Shown here piece after piece: positions 50,140 to 59,829 of a stretch of DNA of 64,000 nucleotides (positions are counted from its first letter, which is position 1; each line of letters starts with the position of its first letter). Origin of the DNA: Candidatus Latescibacterota bacterium. GTDB lineage: Bacteria; Latescibacterota; UBA2968; GCA-2709665. The stretch lies in NCBI GenBank assembly GCA_965237675.1, contig OZ250150.1, positions 3,936,001-4,000,000 of the forward strand, in the 5' to 3' direction. The notes beneath the pieces were generated by a model. The model was not told the origin of the DNA. It saw nothing but the letters and a program-made list of their open reading frames with translations, and made no database searches. A program made the translations under genes and the position numbers.

Positions 50140-50367
50140 TCAACTTGAGGCCCCCAATAGATAATCTCCAGTAGTGCGCGAAGCGAACCGTATGTCGCCC
50201 CGTTTATCCAGACACGTACTTGCGCCCAGGATTTCAATACCGGCGAGGCGGCCTGCCGCATCGTAGTCCAGCGCGATTCCTTCCTCAATGACGTCCGTCG
50301 TCACCGTTGTTTCCTTTAGGCGGATGTATAGGGCATCCACCTCACGATCGTAAGAAATCTTCATCAT
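50140..50367 (-). CDS. DUF2283-family antitoxin-like protein
   Basis: MKISYDREVDALYIRL...LDYDAAGRLAGIEIL. Confidence 0.85.
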   Translation of the reverse strand: MMKISYDREVDALYIRLKETTVTTDVIEEGIALDYDAAGRLAGIEILGASTCLDKRGDIRFASRTTGDYLLGASS

Positions 50368-50420
50368 CGCCGCCTCATATTTCGAGCTGGAGTGCCATCT
50401 CGCGTGCTCGCAGAGACCGC

Positions 50421-53400
50421 TCAGTCCATTACACTGAAATAGCCCCTACGCAGCAGGTTCTCCCGAGCCCGCCTAGCGTTCTCACGAACGTCTTCGTCGT
50501 CGTGGTCCAGACCTGCTTTCAGAATGATCTTTGCATCGCTCGTTGGGATGGAGAACCTGCCGCTGCTGGGTAGCGCATCGGTCAGCTTGGCGAAGCATGC
50601 CACGACCGGCGGCGTGTGCATTGGAAGCAACGTCGGCATCGACCGAGTAACCTCGTGAGGGAGCCATGTTCTGGGGTGTTCAACTCGTCCCTCCTCGAGA
50701 GTACCGGTTTCGTCAAGGATTCCGTCTACGTCCAAAACCTCCGAAAAGGCATCCAGACGCCATTCGGCATCCAAGCACTCGGCTTTCAACCACGCCGCAA
50801 ACTCTCGAAGTTCCATCGGGTCCCCGGCTTTCAATCGCGACTCGAAAAAGGCAACGATCCTCTGCTTTAAACCCGTTTCAAGCTGCTTGCCAGTATTTCG
50901 CAATGAATTCCCGACATAATTGAACAACGTCGCCCAATGATTCCGTACACCGTCGGTTTTCAGGTAATAACGTTCCAGCAGGCTCTGGTCTCCCTTAAGC
51001 GGATATACGTCCCACAAATAGTAGGTAAACAAATGTTGACCTAGCTTCACGGTTAACTCTCGTCCGATTCCCTTTTGCTCTCCCAGCGACCCCAGATGAT
51101 CCAGCGCAAATTCGAAATCGCCGCGCAGTTTATCGAATATTGGGCTGCAAGGACGGTTGTAACGCATGAAATAGCCAAATGCCACCCGCCACGATTCCAT
51201 GTCATGTTGGGGAAACAATCGCGACTTTCGGGATGCGCCCCACTCTGCATCCAGCTGGAACAGACAACCGAATCGCATACCCAGGACGGCGTGCTCAGGA
51301 AGCGCAAATGGATACTTGGATTCGGAGCCGAGTCTCTGTTCAAGGATCGCCGTTACCTCAGGTACATCCGCTTTATCATCGTGCCGGAGCACCCAGAGTC
51401 CGAATTTAACCAGAATATCCACCGCACTGCCACGGGTCGTGTTTATCGCTTCGGCAAACTGATCGTCACGGTTCAGGAGTACCGGGTTGTCGTTATCCAG
51501 GCGCCAATCGTATTGCGTGCATAGCACTTCAAGTAGCTTGCCCAGTTTTCCACGGAAAGAAAGTGGCAAATCGACATCCAACTTGATACAGGCTTCGACA
51601 AAGTCACACACCGCTCGACGAGAATGACGCCAGTTGGGAGATTCACTGGACTCGTCTCCTGTACGTCCGAATCTGTCGGCCTCCTCGTTTTCCGGATCCT
51701 CATGGGAGAGTACCCACTCGCAGAATTCTAACCATTGTACAAGCCTAACAAAGTTCCTCCCTGCCACGTCATCCCGCATTGCGTCGACAATCATACGCAC
51801 GTAAATGGGCCTCAGTATGCTGTCACGATTTGTAATCCAGAAATTCAGCCGTTCCGAACAAGGGATGATCGAATCCTTGAAGACCGTTTGAAAAGCTCCG
51901 GCCAATGCTCCGACATTAATCTCTGTGGCTCCATCATTCGAGTCCCAATGCTCATCCTGCCATTCGTTGATGTAGTCGAGTAACTCCCCATCTGAGAGAT
52001 TCATCAGCTCTTCGGACGACACGGGGCTGCGAGAGGAAACCCATCCACCTTTGGACTGGCTATCGGGCGGGTAGCTTGCGTCCGTGATTTCATCCTCGTC
52101 GTCATCTGCTACAAGTCGCTTGAAGTTGTCCAGGTACTTTCCAAACAGGATCGTCGCGAACGGTCTGAGTTGCTGACGATGAAAGCGTTTTTTCCGCCGC
52201 TCGAATTCGGTCTTCGTGAATTGGTCACCCATCCATTCACGGAAATCTTCCTCTGGAGGACCGTTAAGAATTGCATCGAATATTTGGCTGCGCTTGTCCT
52301 CAGTCAGCAACTCCTCACCGAAATGGTTACAAGCCAGCCGTATCATGCGTTGAAACTCATACTTGTGTTCCCGTCTCCCGTAGTCGCTGTGTGTGCGCAC
52401 CATCTCCTGAATCCACGGTTTGGTTTGCTCGCTTGGGCAAAAGGCGTATAGGTGTTGCCGGAGACGTTTGAATACATCCCACCGTGCGTCCCTCAACGCG
52501 TTATCAAGGGCTTCTATCGATTCGATTTCTAGTTCATAGACCTTTTCGCAGGCATGAGTAAGCGTATGAACGAGTGACTCGTCTAGGTCTGGATGTTCAC
52601 GTTTTGGATCTTTGAGTCGCGGACACCATATATCGGAATAATCAGAGCTCCTGCCGCTCTCAAGATCTTCCTGATGCATCCCTAGACGAATCATATTCGA
52701 CGTCGCGTCGATCAATGTACGGGCAACCTTGTAGGGCTCTTTTTCCGCCAGAGGACGAACCCCTTCGTCCAAGATATCCTGGTAATTCTCGTTGAAACGT
52801 GGCAAGGGTCTGAGTAGAGTCATCATAGACGCAATCTCATCCTCTACAGAAGAATTCCCATCCACATTCAACTGTCTTTCCTGTTTCTGTTTTTCTACTG
52901 CATTAGGATCGGGAACAAACTGAACGAGCAAATTTGCAAGCTCCAATGCGGCATCCGTCTGGCCCTCAGCCGTCCAATATGCCAGAACTTGAGGGAATTT
53001 AAACGGAAAGAATTGGTTTTCAAGTTTGGCGTACTCGAGCATTTTGTTCTTTAGTAGTACGGATTGCTCACTGTCGAGTTCCAAGACTATGTCCAAAATA
53101 TCACTATACACCCTCGGATTATCGACTGACGGAAGTTGCAACACTATCTGAATGATCTCTTGAATGACTTCCTTTGTGGCATCATTACAGATGTTTTTGA
53201 GATATCGGAGCTCAGGCCAGAAAGGGTATTGAATATTTCCATCTGCCGAGGCCACTACATTCGGTGGATCTTTGAAATAACCATTTTGACGAAGAGGGTC
53301 CAGCCATATGGGATCAGTGGTGTAAAGAAAGAAATATCTGTAGTTCTCACCACGGCTACGAAGCAGCTTTAGCGCTCGATTTGTTTCAATTGATGTGGCA

Positions 53401-54089
53401 GTGCTTCCCCTACCTAGAATTGCCTTAAGTTCGGTGAGATCCTCAGTGACAATCGGCTGAGTTGGATCAATGGGTTCGGATTCAAGGTCTTCTGCGGTTA
53501 AGGCCGGCACAAAGGCATCGACGTATTTCTCCAGACTATCGTAGTAATCTATAAATGAGCGCTGCATGCATGCCTGCGAAAAGTCTCTGTCGGCACTCAC
53601 GACGGCAATATTTGCATCGTACACTTGGTAGTAATGTTCCAATGCACTAAGTATAAAGGCATCAGGGAATTCCTTATGCTTTTTCTCTGAAAATGGCGCT
53701 TCGATGGAAAAATACCAGCCCACTACATCATTCAAATCTCCAACAAGCGGCAGTTGTTCAACGGTAAAATGTCCTTTGAATGCTTCCCATTGACGCCTCA
53801 GTACAGAAAGACACTTGGCCTCCATTTCTCCAGTCGGAGGTAAGTCGCCTAACGAAAGTTCGCTAACCGGATGGGTCTTATGGGCTTTTTCAAGGGCAAC
53901 AGCGGAATCTCTCGCTCTTTTTTGGTAGTGGCGCAAGAGTTCTCGCTCCATCATTTCGGGTATCAATAGCCGAAGCCCACCTTTCACGAACGTCTCCTTC
54001 AACATACCAAACCCACCTGTATCCAGACGTAGGTTATTTCTTTTGAAGACTTCAGTATCGATATAAAGTGATGTGGGTACGTGTCTCAT
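50421..54089 (-). CDS. PIN (DUF4935/PIN_8-like) domain fused to a large helical domain; putative defence protein
   Basis: N-terminal YIDTE, KEFPDAFIL, VVSADRDF; about 1000-aa alpha-helical C-terminus; AT-richer than the core genes. Confidence 0.7.
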   Translation of the reverse strand: MRHVPTSLYIDTEVFKRNNLRLDTGGFGMLKETFVKGGLRLLIPEMMERELLRHYQKRARDSAVALEKAHKTHPVSELSLGDLPPTGEMEAKCLSVLRRQWEAFKGHFTVEQLPLVGDLNDVVGWYFSIEAPFSEKKHKEFPDAFILSALEHYYQVYDANIAVVSADRDFSQACMQRSFIDYYDSLEKYVDAFVPALTAEDLESEPIDPTQPIVTEDLTELKAILGRGSTATSIETNRALKLLRSRGENYRYFFLYTTDPIWLDPLRQNGYFKDPPNVVASADGNIQYPFWPELRYLKNICNDATKEVIQEIIQIVLQLPSVDNPRVYSDILDIVLELDSEQSVLLKNKMLEYAKLENQFFPFKFPQVLAYWTAEGQTDAALELANLLVQFVPDPNAVEKQKQERQLNVDGNSSVEDEIASMMTLLRPLPRFNENYQDILDEGVRPLAEKEPYKVARTLIDATSNMIRLGMHQEDLESGRSSDYSDIWCPRLKDPKREHPDLDESLVHTLTHACEKVYELEIESIEALDNALRDARWDVFKRLRQHLYAFCPSEQTKPWIQEMVRTHSDYGRREHKYEFQRMIRLACNHFGEELLTEDKRSQIFDAILNGPPEEDFREWMGDQFTKTEFERRKKRFHRQQLRPFATILFGKYLDNFKRLVADDDEDEITDASYPPDSQSKGGWVSSRSPVSSEELMNLSDGELLDYINEWQDEHWDSNDGATEINVGALAGAFQTVFKDSIIPCSERLNFWITNRDSILRPIYVRMIVDAMRDDVAGRNFVRLVQWLEFCEWVLSHEDPENEEADRFGRTGDESSESPNWRHSRRAVCDFVEACIKLDVDLPLSFRGKLGKLLEVLCTQYDWRLDNDNPVLLNRDDQFAEAINTTRGSAVDILVKFGLWVLRHDDKADVPEVTAILEQRLGSESKYPFALPEHAVLGMRFGCLFQLDAEWGASRKSRLFPQHDMESWRVAFGYFMRYNRPCSPIFDKLRGDFEFALDHLGSLGEQKGIGRELTVKLGQHLFTYYLWDVYPLKGDQSLLERYYLKTDGVRNHWATLFNYVGNSLRNTGKQLETGLKQRIVAFFESRLKAGDPMELREFAAWLKAECLDAEWRLDAFSEVLDVDGILDETGTLEEGRVEHPRTWLPHEVTRSMPTLLPMHTPPVVACFAKLTDALPSSGRFSIPTSDAKIILKAGLDHDDEDVRENARRARENLLRRGYFSVMD

Positions 54090-54365
54090 GTGGACAAATA
54101 TCCAGATAAACGGTCAATCTCGAGAATTGAAGGAAGATTTCGATTGAAATGGGTCCGGGTTCTATCGCATCTAATGGGTCACACTGACACTCCGAAAATG
54201 AAGACCGGCGGACCAATTGACCCGGGGCTAATTTTGTTAACTAATTCTTCGATGTAATCGTAAGAATTGAATTCACGACCCCACCCCGTGCGGGATTCAC
54301 CTTGAGAGCAGATGAGGTTACCTGGCCCTTACCGATCATGCGTACTCCGTGTCATGTTCGCATCC

Positions 54366-55352
54366 CTAAACCCCGACTCCACGTAATTCGTTTCCGAGGA
54401 TGAGATTCTCTGGGGCGGGAACCCAATTGTCATCAGTGGGAAGGAGCAGTTGAACTCTAAGTTGCCGCTTGTACCGTTGGAGTCCCTCTGCCCTCCCCAT
54501 TTTTCGCAGATGCCTGGCCCGCGCAGAGTTCAAGTGGATTGAGTAGTCGCCATCGACGTACAGTAGTCCCGTGTCGTACGATCGATGATGAAGAGTGCAG
54601 AGGGCTAAACCATTGCTGACGGCATCAAGGCCTTTTGGATGAGCATGAGGGACAATGTGGGCAGCATCCACAAGATCCAATTGAATCCCACACATCGCAC
54701 AGGTATGGGCATATCCCTCCAACACCATTTGCCTGAATTGGGGGCTTCGAGGATACGCAATACTGGATATAGTGACTCTTTGTCTGTTTACCTCAACTGG
54801 TCGGTGAAGGGGCTGTCCGAGTGAAGTCTCACAATGGACCGCGAACAACTCCTGGAGCTCCATGTCGGCGGCTTGATGAAGTACTGATGAGTTTTCAACG
54901 TACAAGCCGATTAGATCGGGACGAAAGTTTATCACGTTTTGCCCGTCAGTGTCGATATACGCAGAGAGTCCTTTTGTTAAAGCCGTACGCATTGATGATA
55001 GACGAGTATAAATGGAAAACCGTTGAGCTCGCGGGTTACGATCCACGAATCTATCAGGATCCCATGCACTGAACGCCTTCACATCTGCCGAGAATCCGAA
55101 GACCAATACAGTGTCGCCGGTTTGCTTTTCGTTGTTTAATTTCGTTGGCAGATAGCCTGGGCACTGGATCCGATATTCATCTGGATCAGTGCGATTAGCA
55201 AAGTGGATGTTACCAATGAATACTGAAAGATACCGTCCTTTATAGTAAAATCGGTACGGGTTAACTCCACCGGCGAAGTAGACAGCAGGCGTTTGCTGGC
55301 GGAGGGCGTCGAATAACGCATGAAAAAGGTCGGTCTTGTCGAGTAGCGTCAT
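54366..55352 (-). CDS. HNH endonuclease with N-terminal methylase-associated-like domain
   Basis: CAMC...AAHIVP...NGLALCTLHH; N-terminal DEYRIQ...FSAWD. Confidence 0.85.
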   Translation of the reverse strand: MTLLDKTDLFHALFDALRQQTPAVYFAGGVNPYRFYYKGRYLSVFIGNIHFANRTDPDEYRIQCPGYLPTKLNNEKQTGDTVLVFGFSADVKAFSAWDPDRFVDRNPRAQRFSIYTRLSSMRTALTKGLSAYIDTDGQNVINFRPDLIGLYVENSSVLHQAADMELQELFAVHCETSLGQPLHRPVEVNRQRVTISSIAYPRSPQFRQMVLEGYAHTCAMCGIQLDLVDAAHIVPHAHPKGLDAVSNGLALCTLHHRSYDTGLLYVDGDYSIHLNSARARHLRKMGRAEGLQRYKRQLRVQLLLPTDDNWVPAPENLILGNELRGVGV

Positions 55353-55371
55353 TTCCGATAAGCCTCGTTGA

Positions 55372-58300
55372 TCAAACTGACGAAATCTTTTCGACGATTT
55401 GAAAATCAATCGAGTATGTCGACGATATCCATTCATCAATTTCGTGCAAACGGCGATCCGCGGACAAGTCAGTAAGGCTTGATGGCATGAATCGTTCCTT
55501 TATCGAAGTAGGTATATTCTTCTCACCGGCATCCCGGTTTATACCGCGCACGAGTGAAACGAATGAGAACAACTCTTTAAGATCAACCCAACTTGCACCA
55601 ATTCCTGAAAGGAACACGAAGTCGGCCCTTCTCGTTAGCGACGATAGTCTTTGGTAGTTGAAATTGCCGATGTATTTGCCGGCGTTCTTCTTGAAGACAA
55701 GTGCAGAATATCTATAATTGTTCAGCACCTCTCCGATGATTGCCAATCGATGCAAATGATCCTTTGGGATCGAAGTGACCGGTGCAACGAGATCCTCAAG
55801 TAACCAATTTGTGACGTGGAATCCATCACCCCTCGTTAGCCAATACCAGAAACCCGCGTCGCCCCCTGTGATCGCGAGAGCCGCGAAGGCCTCCTCTTTC
55901 GAACCCAACGTCACCCAGCCGGATTGCGACGGAACATGAACACTTCGGCCATCGGGGTGCAATACTGGTGGCGGCTCAATATACGTGGAGATGAAATTGC
56001 GCGCGGTTGGCGAGAATCCCAACTTGACAGATTCACCACGTAGACCGTGTCCGGAAGTTAAAACTGAAGTAGAAAACTGATTGTGCATTGCTAATAATTT
56101 CGCTCCAAAACGGTTCGTTAGGCGGGGAATGCCGAAAGTTTCGTTCGGCATCACATCATCGACTTTGTTGTAGGATATATTGTCCAACAGATAATCACGA
56201 TAGGCTGCGCGCCACCTGTATAGACGGGTAGCAAACGAACCGATTTTTCGCGCGGAGGTAGTTAGCCAGATTGTGCATCTCTGGCTAACTCCAGAAAACA
56301 GTGCGGCCGGTATGTTATCGAACGAAGAAAACCAGTGAGTCCCGCTGTTGGCCAAAAGTTCACGTAGACCTGAAAATTCAAAGCTAAATGTCGTTGAAAG
56401 AGGAACAATTAACCCACGGCGTCCGCACCGGCTTGTTATGCGGTGTGATTGTACGACCACGTAACCATAAATATCGGGGAATCTTAAGCTCGTGGTAGAC
56501 CGTACTCTATAACCAACCGACTTGCGGTTTACGTAGGGAGGATTTCCGACAATCACGTCAAATCCGCCCTGTCGCATGATGCCGTAGAATTCGACAAACC
56601 AATGGAATGGCTGGTGACTGATACGCCATTGCTCATAGGAAGCCGTGTCGCTTTCTTGAACGCCGTACTCGCTTGCCAAATATCGGTCCAATTGTTGACG
56701 CAGATCATCTAATCGTCTTCGCAATTCTAACTTCGCATTGACGAAAGCACCGGCGTCCATGTTCAAGCCGATCTGCATCGTGTGGAATATGCGAAAAGCC
56801 CGGTTTGCTAATTCTGTGCGTTCTTCGATATCAGGAAGAGATTGTTCCTTAAACAAATCGCCCCTTACAGCCCGTCTCACATCGCCCAGAGACGTAAAAC
56901 CTACCAATGTGTTTCCCGCGCGGATGTTGAAATCGATGTCGGGCAGTGGCTCAATCTGTTCGTAGCTTTCCAGTTGCGCAACGAGTTTCAAGAAGAGGCG
57001 CAATTTACAGATCTCTACGGCCTCTTCCATGATGTCCACCCCATAGAGATTGTTGATAATGATGGACTTGAGTATGAAGTAGCGTTCGCTGGGATGGGAT
57101 TCGACCTGTTCCAGTATCTTTCGAAAGTCGCTCATTTTCTCGGGGCGGTGTTTACGCTTAGAGCGCTTCAGATCGTCCAGTAGCCCCCGCATAACCTCAA
57201 GGCAGGCAATGTAGCCGGGCTCCAGGATGTTGAGCGCCGCGAACAGGAACGCGCCGGAGCCGCAGGTAGGATCCAGAATCGAGACGGTGGTAAGCCCTTT
57301 CCAGAAAGCACGGATCAATTCGGGGCCCTCGCTCCCGCGGATGACGTCCTCCGCGAATTGCTCAATGTCAAGATTATACGTGATCAGGTCGTTGATGGCT
57401 GTGACCTGACCCGAAGCGAGTTTGGCGTATACCTCCTCGTAGTGGCGGCGGCGTGCGACGTGTTCGCGCCAGGTTTCCGTTGGCAGGGCATAGTCGCTTG
57501 TCGTAGGTTCATTCCAGCCGTCGCGTTTCGAGACGTCGTCCAGTCCTGCTGCTATCTCCTTAGGCAGGTCACGTTCTTGCTTGAGGGTTTCGTTCTTGTG
57601 AATATCGTACGTGATCCCGTGACGGACCGCCTCGTAGAGATACCGGTCCGGCTCGTCCTCTAACAGAGACCACACGCCGCCGCCGGGCCTGAAGGCAATC
57701 GGACAGGCCTTTTTTGCTCGGTCGAACAGGAACGGGATGACGGTGTTGCGGCTGATGTATCCGGTGATATCCTCTTTGGTGTAGTAGGCCCCCATCTGCT
57801 TCTGGTTGATGTATTTCTCGAAGATGTAACCGAGCACGTCGGGGTTGATTTCGTTGTCCTTGCGCAGCGTCCGGTCATCCAGGTGCCACGTATAGGCGTC
57901 GAAGAAGTCAAAGATTCTCTCGAACGCTTCATCGGGGATTTGGATATCCGGATTGTCCTGCTCCAGATCGTGCATGTCAAACAGGCCGCCGTTAAGAAAT
58001 GGCACCTTACCGAGCAACGCTGCCAACTCCGGGGGGCGATTCTCCTCCGGTTGCCCAAGACCGTCATGGAACAACCTCAATAAAAACAGCCGGTAGAAAC
58101 TGTTGAATCGCCCGTTTCCATATTGCTGCCGCACCCTTTGGAGCCGGTCCCGGAGGTATTCGGTGTTGTTGTCGAGGAACCCGCGTTTTTGAATGAAGTA
58201 GATGAACATCATTCGATTCAACATCAGCGAAGCATACCACTCGCGGTCCGCCCGTTCTCCGATTCCCTCAATGAAACCCAGAAAGTCCTGTTGTTCCTTC

Positions 58301-58821
58301 TTAAAGCGGTCGTAAAACCGTTTTGTGACCTTTTCTACGTCGAAGGCCGCGCGAACCCGGCCAGATACGTCGACGATGGTAAGGTCATCTTCATCGTTCA
58401 GTGTAAAGGCGATTTTTTCGAGCTTTTGAATGAGGCGCTCACCGGTATCCCTGCGGCGGTACGATTCCGAACGTTGCCGGTCGGGACGACTGGGTTCACG
58501 TTTCACCCATTGCCAGGATTGTTCCTTCCTGTCGTGCGTAGCATAAACGATGATGTGTTCGCGGACCTCTTTTGCAACGGCTTTTTCGATTTTTCTGCGG
58601 GTGGAATGGTCCGGAAACGTAGTCTCGGAGTCGGCGACGAACTGGTAGGCAACCATGCCTCGTTTGTGCGCGACGGCTTCGAGGGCGAAAGACTGCTCAC
58701 CTGCGTTAATGACTGTATCGGTGCCTCCATGGTCCCAGCCGAGTTCTTCGATGAAGAGGGTGCGGAGGTCGAAATTCTCGAGATGCATCCTGACTTTGTT
58801 TCTATTCAGTTTCGTCGGCAT
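55372..58821 (-). CDS. Type IIG/Eco57I-like N6-adenine DNA methyltransferase
   Basis: GAYYT, DPTCGSGAF (SAM binding), GVDI, GNPPY, C-terminal target-recognition region. Confidence 0.9.
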   Translation of the reverse strand: MPTKLNRNKVRMHLENFDLRTLFIEELGWDHGGTDTVINAGEQSFALEAVAHKRGMVAYQFVADSETTFPDHSTRRKIEKAVAKEVREHIIVYATHDRKEQSWQWVKREPSRPDRQRSESYRRRDTGERLIQKLEKIAFTLNDEDDLTIVDVSGRVRAAFDVEKVTKRFYDRFKKEQQDFLGFIEGIGERADREWYASLMLNRMMFIYFIQKRGFLDNNTEYLRDRLQRVRQQYGNGRFNSFYRLFLLRLFHDGLGQPEENRPPELAALLGKVPFLNGGLFDMHDLEQDNPDIQIPDEAFERIFDFFDAYTWHLDDRTLRKDNEINPDVLGYIFEKYINQKQMGAYYTKEDITGYISRNTVIPFLFDRAKKACPIAFRPGGGVWSLLEDEPDRYLYEAVRHGITYDIHKNETLKQERDLPKEIAAGLDDVSKRDGWNEPTTSDYALPTETWREHVARRRHYEEVYAKLASGQVTAINDLITYNLDIEQFAEDVIRGSEGPELIRAFWKGLTTVSILDPTCGSGAFLFAALNILEPGYIACLEVMRGLLDDLKRSKRKHRPEKMSDFRKILEQVESHPSERYFILKSIIINNLYGVDIMEEAVEICKLRLFLKLVAQLESYEQIEPLPDIDFNIRAGNTLVGFTSLGDVRRAVRGDLFKEQSLPDIEERTELANRAFRIFHTMQIGLNMDAGAFVNAKLELRRRLDDLRQQLDRYLASEYGVQESDTASYEQWRISHQPFHWFVEFYGIMRQGGFDVIVGNPPYVNRKSVGYRVRSTTSLRFPDIYGYVVVQSHRITSRCGRRGLIVPLSTTFSFEFSGLRELLANSGTHWFSSFDNIPAALFSGVSQRCTIWLTTSARKIGSFATRLYRWRAAYRDYLLDNISYNKVDDVMPNETFGIPRLTNRFGAKLLAMHNQFSTSVLTSGHGLRGESVKLGFSPTARNFISTYIEPPPVLHPDGRSVHVPSQSGWVTLGSKEEAFAALAITGGDAGFWYWLTRGDGFHVTNWLLEDLVAPVTSIPKDHLHRLAIIGEVLNNYRYSALVFKKNAGKYIGNFNYQRLSSLTRRADFVFLSGIGASWVDLKELFSFVSLVRGINRDAGEKNIPTSIKERFMPSSLTDLSADRRLHEIDEWISSTYSIDFQIVEKISSV

Positions 58822-58893
58822 TAGGATCGTCCGGATTGTTGTGTTGGTATTGGATTTAATCGGGCGAGGAGTAACCGCACGAGAACTGACGTG

Positions 58894-59157
58894 TCAATCC
58901 CGAAGCGAAGGGTCATACGATTGCTCCCGGAAGTCCTGGAGATCAAACGTCCCATGTCCGCGCCGGATCTTATCGCGCAACGTCCCGAGACGGGAATGAT
59001 CGATGCGTCTGGGCCTCAGGGCGAACCCGTCGGGCCCTTCTACGATTTCGAGTTGGTCTCCCGGGCCGACCCCCAGAGCGTCCAGCACCCGCTGAGGAAG
59101 GGTGACCTGGCGTTTTGAAGTGATTTTGACAATCAAGGGAAATCGGCTGAGAGTCAT
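58894..59157 (-). CDS. AbrB/MazE-family antitoxin
   Basis: KITSKRQVTLP...LGVGPGD. Confidence 0.85.
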   Translation of the reverse strand: MTLSRFPLIVKITSKRQVTLPQRVLDALGVGPGDQLEIVEGPDGFALRPRRIDHSRLGTLRDKIRRGHGTFDLQDFREQSYDPSLRD

Positions 59158-59217
59158 TGGACTACGAAATACGCGAAATGGGGTGAGTGGCGTTGGACTA
59201 CGAAAAATACGAAAAAA
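59157..59217 (+). repeat. Two ACTACGAAA..CGAAA repeats downstream of the GxxExxY gene
   Basis: TTGGACTACGAAATACGCGAAAT and TTGGACTACGAAAAATACGAAAA, 36 bp apart; inverted relative to 59622-59651. Confidence 0.7.
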
Positions 59218-59232
59218 GGGGAAAGATGTGGC

Positions 59233-59619
59233 TTATAATTCGTTTACGAAACGTTCGTATTCCAGTCCTGGATGATGGCCGAAATTGACGAGCAGGCCGA
59301 GTTTCACACCTGTTGATTTCACGTAGTTGATGACTTGTGCGCGATGTTCATCTTTCAATTGTTTCACTGCCTTGATTTCCACAATAATTCTGTCGAAACA
59401 GAAAAAATCAGGCTGGTAAAACTGCTTCAACGCCTGTCCTTTGTAATGAAGTTTCAAATCTATCTTCTCCTTGTACGGGATCGCCGAAGAAGTGAATTCC
59501 ATTGCAAGACACTCCTGGTAAACTGCTTCAAGAAAGCCGGCTCCTTTTTCTTTGTACACTTCAAAGCAGGCACCGATAATCCGATAGCTTTCCTCTTTGT
59601 AGACGATTTTTCCAGTCAT
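59233..59619 (-). CDS. GxxExxY protein (PD-(D/E)XK-like nuclease fold)
   Basis: GAGFLEAVY, PDF...IIVEIKA, GLLVNFG. Confidence 0.92.
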   Translation of the reverse strand: MTGKIVYKEESYRIIGACFEVYKEKGAGFLEAVYQECLAMEFTSSAIPYKEKIDLKLHYKGQALKQFYQPDFFCFDRIIVEIKAVKQLKDEHRAQVINYVKSTGVKLGLLVNFGHHPGLEYERFVNEL

Positions 59620-59829
59620 ACATTTCGCGCCCTTTCGCGACTTTCGTAGTTAATCAAGCCCATAGAGCAGATGATTCGGGGCTCCCGCGGTTCATCCTCC
59701 ACCTCGAGAACGCGAGCCCCTCTTTACCGACGATTTTTCCAGTCATACATTTCGCGTCTTTTCGCGACTTTCGTAGTTAATCAAGCCCATAGAGCAGATG
59801 ATTCGCGGTTCATCAGGTTCATCCTCACC
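59592..59829. repeat. Diverged tandem duplication (period 127 bp) of the helicase 3' end and GxxExxY start
   Basis: 59592-59702 aligns with 59719-59829 and shares TTTCGCGACTTTCGTAGTTAATCAAGCCCATAGAGCAGATGATTCG. Confidence 0.85.

Noticed and set aside
54230-54360. AbrB remnant (MIGKGQVT...)
   Set aside because: The match is only about 5 residues, too weak to call.
48000-55400. Integron cassette array
   Set aside because: Genes are co-oriented, but no attC (RYYYAAC...GTTRRRY) pairs or integrase were found.
59157-59217. CRISPR array
   Set aside because: Only two imperfect units with a 36-bp period, no proper spacers and no cas genes.
59592-59829. DGR template/variable repeat pair
   Set aside because: Differences are not adenine-specific, and the only RT in the window is a group II intron IEP.
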